DNA from: Myxococcota bacterium
GTDB lineage: Bacteria > Myxococcota_A > Polyangia > Nannocystales > Nannocystaceae
Length of the DNA: 64,000 nucleotides
Assembly (NCBI GenBank): GCA_039028615.1
Contig: JBCCHT010000002.1
Location: 128,001-192,000, forward strand
Direction: 5' to 3'
Below are positions 49,525 through 57,760 of this stretch, in pieces. The position numbers were made by a program, and so were the translations under genes. The stretch's first letter is position 1. Every line of letters begins with the position of its first letter. The notes under the pieces were generated by a model. The model saw only the letters and a program-made list of their open reading frames with translations. It ran no database searches and was not told where the DNA came from.

Positions 49525-50421
49525 GTGGTGCTCTCGCCCCTCGTATCCGCGCTCGCGTTGCTCGTGGCGGCCCCTGCCCCGCGGCTCAGTCTCGACCCCC
49601 GTGTGGGGCTCCAGACCACCGAACCCGATGCGGTCCCCGTACAGCGGCCGGACACGATCGCTCCGAACCAAGACTCGCCGACCGCGGAAGAACCGGACGC
49701 CCCCGTCGAGCCGGATGTGCCCGCTGAGGCCGAGCCCGAGGCTCCGGTCACGCCCGCGACGGAACCGGCTCCGCCCCCCGCCTCCGAGACCGCCCCTGCC
49801 CCGCCGCCCGTCGCCACGGCGAACGTGCACGCGACCGGCACCATCGAAGGCGTGCTGACCGACGCGGAGATCGAGGGCGTCCCGCTGTCCGGGGTCATGG
49901 TCACGATCCAGTGCTCGTGCCTCGACGAGACGCTCGTGGAGGTCACCGACAGCAAGGGACACTTCATCGCGGAGGACCTGCCCCCCGGGGTGCACACGAT
50001 CACCGCCGACCGAGGCGGGCCTCCCACCCAGCGGGTGGCTGCGCTCTCGCCCGGCGAGGCCGTGCAGGTCGACTTCGAGGTCGCCCCGCCCACGACCACC
50101 GAGACCCTCGATCGTCGGCGTGAAGAAGAGCAGTCCGCACGCACCCTGCTCGCCGCGGGCGGGCTCTTGGCCATCGGCGGCGCGCTGCTGCTCATCGCCA
50201 CCGGGGTCGAGAACGCCAAGCGGGAGTGCCTGTTCGATCAAGACGACTGCGCGGCCGCGCCCCGCCCCGGGCTCACGCGGGGGCTCGGGGTGACCGGCGG
50301 CCTGCTCATGGCCGGCGGCGCCGCGATGGTGACCGTGGGCATCGTCCGCAAACGGCGGCTGAAGGCGCGGATCGCCATCGAGGATCAGGCCGCGTCGCTG
50401 GTGCTCAGCGGGCGTTTTTGA
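49525..50421 (+). CDS. Exported protein with Pro-rich linker, carboxypeptidase-regulatory-like domain and C-terminal hydrophobic segments
   Basis: GTIEG..TD.....PL.GV.V.I, TDSKG.F...DLPPG.H.I. Confidence 0.75.
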   Translation: MVLSPLVSALALLVAAPAPRLSLDPRVGLQTTEPDAVPVQRPDTIAPNQDSPTAEEPDAPVEPDVPAEAEPEAPVTPATEPAPPPASETAPAPPPVATANVHATGTIEGVLTDAEIEGVPLSGVMVTIQCSCLDETLVEVTDSKGHFIAEDLPPGVHTITADRGGPPTQRVAALSPGEAVQVDFEVAPPTTTETLDRRREEEQSARTLLAAGGLLAIGGALLLIATGVENAKRECLFDQDDCAAAPRPGLTRGLGVTGGLLMAGGAAMVTVGIVRKRRLKARIAIEDQAASLVLSGRF

Positions 50422-50487
50422 GGCCCGGCGCTCCGCGCTCTTCAATGATCTCTGGCACTTGCGACACAACAACTGAGTGTTGTTAGG

Positions 50488-51513
50488 GTGCGCGCCAGCG
50501 ACCTCATGGCCCGTCTCGTCGAGCAGCGAGACCCGTCCGCACTACCGGCCGGCACCGCGGTGTGCCTGGGCGCGTTCGATGGCCTGCACCTGGGGCACCA
50601 GGCGCTGCTGGACGAGGCTCGATCGCGAGGCGAGCGCATCGGTCTGGTGACCTTCGATCCGCATCCGCAGCAGGTCTTGGCCCCCGCCCGCGCGCCCAAG
50701 CTGCTGCACTCGCCATCGCAACGGCGTCGGGTCTGCGCGACCTTGGGTGTCGAGCACCTGGTGCTGCTGCCCTTCGACAAGGAGATGGCGCAGATGCAGG
50801 CCGAGACCTTCGCCCGCACGATGATCGTCGAAGGGCTGCGGCCCGCCGCGATCGTGGTGGGCGAGGACTTCCGCTTCGGCCGAGGCCGCGAAGGCGACGG
50901 GGAGATGCTCGCCGCCCTGGTGAAGCCGGCCGGGATCGAGGTCGTGCGCGTCACCGCCGTCCCCGTGCCCGACAGCGCCCGGGGCACCCACCACGATCCC
51001 AGCTTCAAGCTCGGGGCCACTGCCATCCGCCGTGCGATCGAGCTCGGCCACGTCGCCCAAGCCGGCGCGATGCTGGGCCGCTGGCACGGCGTCGAAGGCA
51101 CCGTGGTGCACGGCGCTCACCGGGGCCACGCCATCGGCTTTCCCACGGCGAACATCCGTACATCGGCCGACCTCGTCCCCCCGCCGGGCGTCTACGCCAC
51201 GATGCTCGCGGTCACGAGCCCCGAGGGCCCCCATGCCGGCAAGGTGTGGCCCGCCGCGACGAATCTCGGACGCAACCCGACCTTCACCGATTCCGGTGAG
51301 ATGAGCCTCGAGGCTCACGTCATCGACCAAGAGCTCGGCGATACCCTCTACGACCTCGACGTCGAGCTGTCGTTCGTCGCCCGGCTGCGCGACGAACAAC
51401 GCTTCGACGGCCCCACTGCCCTGGTCGCACAGCTCCAGCAGGACGTGCAGGCGGCCTCGGCCCGACTCGACTCCGACGCGCTCGCCCGCGTCGTGCCCCC
51501 CATCGAACCGTGA
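50488..51513 (+). CDS. ribF: Bifunctional riboflavin kinase / FAD synthetase
   Basis: GAFDGLHLGHQ, TFDPHP, VGEDFRFG, G..IGFPTAN, GVY, G.NPTF, EAH, LRDEQRF. Confidence 0.95.
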   Translation: MRASDLMARLVEQRDPSALPAGTAVCLGAFDGLHLGHQALLDEARSRGERIGLVTFDPHPQQVLAPARAPKLLHSPSQRRRVCATLGVEHLVLLPFDKEMAQMQAETFARTMIVEGLRPAAIVVGEDFRFGRGREGDGEMLAALVKPAGIEVVRVTAVPVPDSARGTHHDPSFKLGATAIRRAIELGHVAQAGAMLGRWHGVEGTVVHGAHRGHAIGFPTANIRTSADLVPPPGVYATMLAVTSPEGPHAGKVWPAATNLGRNPTFTDSGEMSLEAHVIDQELGDTLYDLDVELSFVARLRDEQRFDGPTALVAQLQQDVQAASARLDSDALARVVPPIEP

Positions 51514-51941
51514 CGGATCCGGATCCCATCGCCAGCGCCACCTTGGCGCGCCTGTACCTGACCCAAGGCCATGGCTCTCGGGCTCGGGCGATCCTGCAGG
51601 AAGTCCTCGGGCGCACACCGTTCGACGGTGATGCCCTCGCCCTGAGCGCCCGCCTCGCGTCGCCGCGACCGCGGCTGAGCGCGACCACGGCCGGCGACGA
51701 GCTCAGCCTGCGATGGCAAGGGGTCAGCGACCCCGGTCGCTACTTCCTGGTGATCTCCATGTGGGGCGGAGACGATCCCATTCCCGGGCAGTGGGTGACC
51801 TCGCGGCCGTGTACGAGCGCTTTTGGTCGGCACCGCTTGGCCCGCCCCTGGGCGCGCGGTGTGCTCGTCGCCACACTCGGACGGGTCGAACAAAACGGCT
51901 TCGTACCGCAAGTCGTATCCGAGCCCCTCGGGTGGGGCTGA
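51510..51941 (+). CDS. Hypothetical protein with a TPR-like N-terminus
   Basis: TLARLYLTQGH...A..IL; GTGA overlap with ribF. Confidence 0.65.
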   Translation: MTDPDPIASATLARLYLTQGHGSRARAILQEVLGRTPFDGDALALSARLASPRPRLSATTAGDELSLRWQGVSDPGRYFLVISMWGGDDPIPGQWVTSRPCTSAFGRHRLARPWARGVLVATLGRVEQNGFVPQVVSEPLGWG

Positions 51942-52029
51942 GCGATCGATCAACACCCCTGCGCGCCCCCGTGCGAGTTCCATCCCGGACTGCTAAGGTC
52001 GCGGCCGCGCATCTGCGAGGAGGACCCGG

Positions 52030-52908
52030 TTGAAGATCAAAGGCGCACTCACGGCCCTGGCCACCCCACTCAAGGACGACAAAGTCGACGTCGAAGCCCT
52101 CGAGGCCCTCGTCGAAAAGCAGATCGCGGGTGGCATCCACGGCCTGGTCCCCTGCGGTACGACGGGCGAGTCGTCCACCCTCTCGCCGACTGAGCACATG
52201 CTCGTCGTCGAGACCACCATCAAGGCAGCGAAGGGCCGCGTGCCCGTCGTGGCGGGCGCGGGCTCCAACAGCACGCACGAGGCGATCGAGCTGGCGCAGG
52301 CCTGCGAGAAGCTCGGCGCCGACGCGACGCTCCAGATCACGCCCTACTACAACAAGCCCACGCAGCAGGGGCTCATCGCTCACTTCGGCGCCGTCGATGC
52401 CGCCTGCGGGCTGCCGATGGTCGTCTACAACGTGCCGTCGCGGACCCAGTGCGACCTGCTGCCCGAGACCCTGGCTCGCCTCACCGAGTCCATGAAAATC
52501 GCGGGCGTGAAGGAGGCCACGGGCAACATGATCCGGGCCGCTCGTATCCGCGAGCTGTGCGGCGAGGAGCTTTCGCTGCTGAGCGGCGACGACTTCACCG
52601 TGATGCCATTCTTGGCGGTGGGCGGCGACGGGGTCATCTCGGTCGGCAGCAACGTCGCGCCGAAGCTCTTCTCCGACCTGTGCACGGCCGCCGCCGAGGG
52701 CCGCTGGGACGAGGCGCGGACCCTGCACTACCGCCAGCTCCCGCTGTCGCGGGCCCTGTTCTCCTCGGCCAACCCCGAGCCGCTCAAGGCGGCCATGGCC
52801 ATGCTCGGCCTGATCGGCCCCGAGATTCGCCTGCCTCTGCAAGTCCTTGCCGAGGATCACCCCGCCCGCGCCGAGCTTCGGCGTGTCCTCGAAACCCTGG
52901 AGCTATAG
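52030..52908 (+). CDS. dapA: 4-hydroxy-tetrahydrodipicolinate synthase
   Basis: GTTGES, AGAGSNST, TPYYNKP.Q.GL, YNVPSRT, GVKEA, SGDD. Confidence 0.97.
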   Translation: MKIKGALTALATPLKDDKVDVEALEALVEKQIAGGIHGLVPCGTTGESSTLSPTEHMLVVETTIKAAKGRVPVVAGAGSNSTHEAIELAQACEKLGADATLQITPYYNKPTQQGLIAHFGAVDAACGLPMVVYNVPSRTQCDLLPETLARLTESMKIAGVKEATGNMIRAARIRELCGEELSLLSGDDFTVMPFLAVGGDGVISVGSNVAPKLFSDLCTAAAEGRWDEARTLHYRQLPLSRALFSSANPEPLKAAMAMLGLIGPEIRLPLQVLAEDHPARAELRRVLETLEL

Positions 52909-52910
52909 CC

Positions 52911-53726
52911 GTGACCGATCAACTCACCTCCGTCGTCATCGTCGGCGCCCGCGGGCGCATGGGTAAGACACTGCTGCGTACCGTCATGGAGAGCGAGAAC
53001 ATGACGCTGGTGGGCGCGGTGGACCGCACCGGGGGCCCGGGTCTCGAGATGGACGCGGGACGCCTGTGCGGCATGCCGGACTGTGGCGTCACCGTCTGGG
53101 ACCGCATGGATCCGCCGCGCGGCGCCGTGATCGTCGACTTCTCGCTGCCGGGGGCGACCGAGCGCAACATCCGTCGCTGCCTCGAGATCCGCGCGCCGCT
53201 GGTGCTGGGCACCACGGGCATCGACGCCGACACCCGCGCCCTGCTCAAGGAGGCCGCCAAAGAGCTGCCCATCGTCAGCGCGGCCAACTTCAGCGTGGGC
53301 GTCACCCTGCTCAACCAGCTCTCCGCGCTCGCGGCCAAGTCGCTCGGCCCCGACTGGGATGCCGAGCTGGTCGAGCTCCACCACCGCCACAAGCGGGACG
53401 CCCCTTCGGGGACCGCCATCCGCATCGGCAAATCGGTCGCCGCCGCCCACGGGCGTCGCTTCGACGAGGTCGCCGTGATGTCGCGGGAGAAGGCCGATCG
53501 CGCCCGCTCCAACGAAGAGATCGGCGTGCTCTCCATGCGCGGCGGAGACTCGGTCGGCGAGCACACCCTGATGTTCTTCGGCGAGGGCGAGCGCATCGAG
53601 CTGACCCACCGCGCCATGGACCGGGGCATCTTCGCCAACGGTGCCCTGCGAGCCGCCCGCTGGCTCCGCAACCGCGAGCCCGGCCTCTACGACATGGTCG
53701 ACGTGCTCGAGCTCGGCCACATCTGA
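52911..53726 (+). CDS. dapB: 4-hydroxy-tetrahydrodipicolinate reductase
   Basis: GARGRMG, DFS.P, GTTG, NFSVG, ELHHRHKRDAPSGTA, RGG..VGEH; GTG start at 52911. Confidence 0.97.
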   Translation: MTDQLTSVVIVGARGRMGKTLLRTVMESENMTLVGAVDRTGGPGLEMDAGRLCGMPDCGVTVWDRMDPPRGAVIVDFSLPGATERNIRRCLEIRAPLVLGTTGIDADTRALLKEAAKELPIVSAANFSVGVTLLNQLSALAAKSLGPDWDAELVELHHRHKRDAPSGTAIRIGKSVAAAHGRRFDEVAVMSREKADRARSNEEIGVLSMRGGDSVGEHTLMFFGEGERIELTHRAMDRGIFANGALRAARWLRNREPGLYDMVDVLELGHI

Positions 53727-53744
53727 GGCAAGGCCGAACGCGCG

Positions 53745-53783
53745 ACACGGCGGGCACCGGTTTCGGGCCCGCCGTGTTCATTT
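53745..53783 (+). terminator. Probable intrinsic terminator of ribF-dapAB
   Basis: ACACGGCGGGC...GCCCGCCGTGT 11-bp stem followed by TCATTT. Confidence 0.6.
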
Positions 53784-53796
53784 CGAAGGGACGACG

Positions 53797-53837
53797 AAAA
53801 AATGGAGGGCGGCTGAGCCAGAGCCCAGCCGCCCTCC
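53797..53837 (-). terminator. Intrinsic terminator of the Spy-like gene
   Basis: GGAGGGCGGCTG...CAGCCGCCCTCC 12-bp stem followed on the minus strand by ATTTTTT. Confidence 0.75.
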
Positions 53838-53856
53838 CGTGGTGGGGTGGTGATGC

Positions 53857-54456
53857 CTACCGTCCGCGCTTGGACGCCGCCCCCTTTCGCTTGCCCTTGC
53901 CGCGCCTGCCGTCGAGGACGTTGCCCTTGCCCTCGGGGCCGCCCCGCTTGCGGTTGGCCTTGTCCTTGGCCCCGCGCCGATCCTCGCTGCGCTTGGCCTT
54001 CTTGCCCCTCTTGCGGTCCTTCTTCTTGGCCTTCTTCTTCGCCTTGCGCTTGGCTCTCATCTCGGCCAGCTTCTCGCGCTGCTCGGGGTCGAGCACGGCG
54101 TCCATCTCGGCTCGCTTGCCCTCGCGGGCCTCTCGGAGTTCTTCCTTCAGCGCCTTGCGCTTGGCCTTGAGCTTCGCGACGTTCTCGGCGTTCGGCTCTT
54201 CGGAGGCTCGCTCCGCCTTCAAGGCGGACTTGATTTCCTTCATCTCCGCTCGCTCGTCGGCGACATCGCGTTTGTGGGCATCGCGGATGGAGGAGAGCTT
54301 CTCGCGCTGGGCGTCGGTGCACTCGAGGGCCTTGCAGACTCGCTCGACTCGGTCGCGCTGGTGTTTACCCTTTCGGTCGGTGCTGGCTTCGTCGGCGCTG
54401 GGCGAGGCGAAGGCGGAGGTCAGGGCGAGGATGGAAGAGAACATCAGGTTGTTCAT
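53857..54456 (-). CDS. Spy/CpxP-family periplasmic protein with Lys/Arg-rich tail
   Basis: AGGAG RBS, signal peptide; L..TDAQREKL and VLDPEQREKL LTxxQ-type motifs. Confidence 0.8.
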   Translation of the reverse strand: MNNLMFSSILALTSAFASPSADEASTDRKGKHQRDRVERVCKALECTDAQREKLSSIRDAHKRDVADERAEMKEIKSALKAERASEEPNAENVAKLKAKRKALKEELREAREGKRAEMDAVLDPEQREKLAEMRAKRKAKKKAKKKDRKRGKKAKRSEDRRGAKDKANRKRGGPEGKGNVLDGRRGKGKRKGAASKRGR

Positions 54457-54653
54457 TTGTTCGTGGCTCCTGCACTCTTCGACGAACGACCCGGCGCGAA
54501 AATCGTGAGTCCCGCGCAAAGCGAGACCGCGTTCGTGTAAACCGAACGTCAACGGAGCCTCGGCGCTGGGGCAGCCTGCCCCGGCTTCGCCGAATTCCGT
54601 CTCGTACCCGCCCCTAGGGGAGGTTCAGAGCACTATCGGGATCGCGGTCCCGA

Positions 54654-55970
54654 TCAGCCGAGGGCCCGCAACGCGGCTTCGACCCGGGTCAGCGCGCCCT
54701 CGATCTGATCGAGGCTCACCGCCCCCACGCTCAGTCGGAACCAACCGTCGTCCGCCGCGACCCCGAATGCACCGAAGGGCACCACCGCCACGCCCGCCTC
54801 GTCGAGCAGGAACTGACGGACGTGCTCGTTGGTGGTCAAGCGCTGCCCCTTGGCCGTCGCTCGACCGAAGGGATGAATGCGAACGGTGAGATAGATGGCG
54901 CCCATCGGAGCAATGACCTCCACGGGCAAGCCGCCCTCGGCCATCGCGCGGAGGCCCTCGTGCAGGCGACCGAGCCGCGCCCCGATGCCTTTGCGCATCG
55001 AGTCGAGGTGCTCGTCGAGCGCGGCGTCGTCGTCGAGCAAGGCCGCGGTGGCGTGTTGCTCGGGTCGCGGCGCCCAAGCGCCCACGTGGCCGAGGATCGC
55101 CCCCATGCGCTCGATGATGTCGCTCGGTCCCGCCGCCCAACCCACGCGCAACCCGGTCGCGGCCAGGGCCTTGCTGATCCCGTCCACGAAGATGGTGGTG
55201 TCGGCCATGCGCGGGTCCACGCCCGGCGGCGTCGCGTGCTCGACCCCGGGCATGCGCAGCATCCAGTAGATCTGGTCGTAGAGCAGGTACAGCGGTCGCT
55301 GCCCGGCCGAGGCCCGCACGGCATTCTCCGCCACGATGGCCTCGCAGATTTCCGCCAGCACCGCGGGCTCGATCGCCGTGCCCGAAGGGTTGAGCGGCGA
55401 GCAGATGCAGACCAGACGCGCCCCGGGCAACACCCGCTCGAGGTCGCGGCGGGTGGGCAGAAACCGCGACTGCGGGCTGCACACCACCGGCACCGCGTCG
55501 GCCCCCAACATGTGCGCGTAGTGGTTGTTGTTCCAGCTCGGAACCGGAAACACCACGCGGTCTCCCGGATCGACCAGCGCCCGATAGGCCGCGTAAATGA
55601 GCGGCCTCGCTCCGCCCGCCACCAGCACCGAGCTCGGCGGGTAGTGCAGCGACAGCCGTCGCGCGAACAGCTGCGAGACCGCCTGGCGCAGCTCGGGAAT
55701 CCCAGCCGAAGGGGGATAGTGCGTGCGCCCCTGCTCGAGCGCGTCGACGATGCCCTGCCGCAGCGCTTCGGGCACCGGGAACTGGCTCGGCGAGAAATCT
55801 CCCACCGTCAGGTTGCAGACCTCCGCCCCCGCCGCAACGCGCTCGCGAATCTGGGCTGCGATGGCGAGGATTTCCGAGCCGACGAGGCCGCTGGCCATGG
55901 CGCTGACCCGCGACGCAGGCGAAGGTCGAGGCACGGGGTCGGGACGCGTCGGAGGCACCGTGGGCGGCAT
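54654..55970 (-). CDS. PLP-dependent class I/II aminotransferase (aspartate aminotransferase-like)
   Basis: NLTVGDF, YPP..G..ELR, SP.NPSG, DQIY, GISK..A.TGLRVGW, FRLS; start may be ATG 55898. Confidence 0.9.
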   Translation of the reverse strand: MPPTVPPTRPDPVPRPSPASRVSAMASGLVGSEILAIAAQIRERVAAGAEVCNLTVGDFSPSQFPVPEALRQGIVDALEQGRTHYPPSAGIPELRQAVSQLFARRLSLHYPPSSVLVAGGARPLIYAAYRALVDPGDRVVFPVPSWNNNHYAHMLGADAVPVVCSPQSRFLPTRRDLERVLPGARLVCICSPLNPSGTAIEPAVLAEICEAIVAENAVRASAGQRPLYLLYDQIYWMLRMPGVEHATPPGVDPRMADTTIFVDGISKALAATGLRVGWAAGPSDIIERMGAILGHVGAWAPRPEQHATAALLDDDAALDEHLDSMRKGIGARLGRLHEGLRAMAEGGLPVEVIAPMGAIYLTVRIHPFGRATAKGQRLTTNEHVRQFLLDEAGVAVVPFGAFGVAADDGWFRLSVGAVSLDQIEGALTRVEAALRALG

Positions 55971-56003
55971 GATCGCTACAAACTATGCCACACTGCGCGC
56001 GCC

Positions 56004-57194
56004 ATGACGCTCGCCCGCCAGCCTCGCTTGACCGCCCGCCTCCAGGGTTTCGGCACGACGATCTTCGCCGAGATGACCGCCCTCGCCATCGAGCACGAGG
56101 CGGTGAACCTCGGACAAGGCTTCCCCGACTTCGAAGGCCCGGTAGAGATCCGCAACGCGGTGGTCGAGGCGATCGAGGGCGGATTCAACCAGTACTCGCG
56201 CAGCTTCGGGCTGCCCGTGCTCAACGAAGCGATCTGCGCCCACCAGCGGCGCCACTACGGCCTGAGCTACGACCCCCAGACCGAGATCACCGTCACCAAC
56301 GGCGCGACCGAGGCAATTGCGAGCACCTTGGCCGCCCTGGTCGACGTGGGGGACGAGGTCGTCATGTTCGAGCCCGTGTACGACTCGTACCTGGCCACGG
56401 TGGCCATGGCGGGCGCGGTGCCCAAGGTCGTGACCCTGCACAGCCCCGACTTCAGCTACGAGCCCAGCGCTCTCGAGGCCGCCATCACCCCCAAGACGCG
56501 GGTGCTGCTGCTCAACACGCCGCATAACCCCACGGGCAAGGTGTTCTCGCGCGCCGAGCTGGAGCACATCGCGAAGCTGTGCCGCGAGCACGACCTCATC
56601 GCGGTGACCGACGAGGTCTACGAGCACCTGGTGTTCGACGGCGAGCACATTCCTCTCGCCGGCCTGCCGGGGATGCGCGAGCGCACCGTCATCATCTCGT
56701 CGGCGGGCAAGACCTTCTCGTTCACGGGCTGGAAGATCGGCTGGACCTGCGCCCCGCCCGACCTGTCGCGCGCCATTCGGACCGCGCATCAGTTCATCAC
56801 CTTCTGCAACGGCACCCCCTTCCAGCCGGCCATCGCCAAGGCGCTCGCGCTCGGCGACGACTACTACACGCAGTTCACCGCCGACTATCGGGCGCGACGC
56901 GACCGCCTATGCACCGGGCTAGCCGAGGTCGGCTTCGAGGTGCTGAAGCCGGCCGGGACCTACTTCGTGTGCGTCGACATCCGCCCGCTGGGCTTCGAGG
57001 ACGACATGGCGCTGTGCAAGGCACTGCCCGGGGCCGTCGGCGTGGCTGCGATCCCGAACTCGGCGTTCTACGTGAACAAGGAACACGGGCGACACTTGGT
57101 GCGCTTTGCGTTCTGCAAGAGCGACCCCGTGCTCGAAGAAGGCATCCGACGGCTGCGGGCGAACATCGGGCAGCTGAAGAGCAAGAGCGGCTGA
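56004..57194 (+). CDS. PLP-dependent aminotransferase, YbdL/actinobacterial DapC-like
   Basis: TIF.EM, VNLGQGFPD, NTPHNPTGKVF, DEVYEHL, SAGKTFS.TGWKIGW, VRFAFCK. Confidence 0.92.
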   Translation: MTLARQPRLTARLQGFGTTIFAEMTALAIEHEAVNLGQGFPDFEGPVEIRNAVVEAIEGGFNQYSRSFGLPVLNEAICAHQRRHYGLSYDPQTEITVTNGATEAIASTLAALVDVGDEVVMFEPVYDSYLATVAMAGAVPKVVTLHSPDFSYEPSALEAAITPKTRVLLLNTPHNPTGKVFSRAELEHIAKLCREHDLIAVTDEVYEHLVFDGEHIPLAGLPGMRERTVIISSAGKTFSFTGWKIGWTCAPPDLSRAIRTAHQFITFCNGTPFQPAIAKALALGDDYYTQFTADYRARRDRLCTGLAEVGFEVLKPAGTYFVCVDIRPLGFEDDMALCKALPGAVGVAAIPNSAFYVNKEHGRHLVRFAFCKSDPVLEEGIRRLRANIGQLKSKSG

Positions 57195-57196
57195 GC

Positions 57197-57760
57197 TCAG
57201 GCCGAGTCTTCGGAAGGCAGGGCCGGCGCCACGACACGGGTGAGGCGTTCGATCGCCGCCGCGTCGAAACGCTCGCAGACGGCCACGAGCGCCACGACGG
57301 CACCATCGAGCGCCGAGTCATCGATGGTCGCGGTCCGCAGGCCAGCGAGGTGCTCCACCAAATACGGCATGCCGCGACGGTAGTCGTGTCGAGCCAGCAG
57401 CCGCACCGAGACCCACGCGCCGACGGCCCGCTCGGCCAGCCCGAGGCCCTCCGCGCCGCCTTTGGGCTCGCTGTTCTTCGGCACCAGCTCGGCCACCAAC
57501 GCCCATGCGTCGGCATCGGTGTGCTCCAAGCGCCAGCGTAGGTACTCCATCACCCCGGCTCGCATCGCATCGATGCGACGGGCGAGGTCTTCGTCGTTGC
57601 CGACCTCCTGGTCCTCGCGAACATCCAAGATGACGTCGACCAGCGGCAGCGACAGCTCCGTCTCGGCTCGATAGCCCCGCAGGAGCATCACCGTGTCGGG
57701 GCTGTAGACGCGAAGGTCTGCGATCATCCGCTCGATACGACGGCGCCGCCGAGGCGTCAT
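57197..57760 (-). CDS. Helical hypothetical protein, candidate immunity/chaperone
   Basis: ATG 57760 overlaps the stop of the DUF4157 gene (ATGA). Confidence 0.6.
   Translation of the reverse strand: MTPRRRRRIERMIADLRVYSPDTVMLLRGYRAETELSLPLVDVILDVREDQEVGNDEDLARRIDAMRAGVMEYLRWRLEHTDADAWALVAELVPKNSEPKGGAEGLGLAERAVGAWVSVRLLARHDYRRGMPYLVEHLAGLRTATIDDSALDGAVVALVAVCERFDAAAIERLTRVVAPALPSEDSA

Noticed and set aside
52449..52910. N-terminal extension of dapB
   Set aside because: Overlaps dapA out of frame; GTG 52911 gives a normal DapB.
54822..56003. Apparent 790-aa aminotransferase fusion
   Set aside because: The first half is the antisense of the minus-strand aminotransferase; the real start is 56004.
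55971..56003. Possible sigma54 promoter TGGCAT...GC (also TGGCAC near 14858 and 50453)
   Set aside because: The GG-to-GC spacing does not match the strict -24/-12 consensus.
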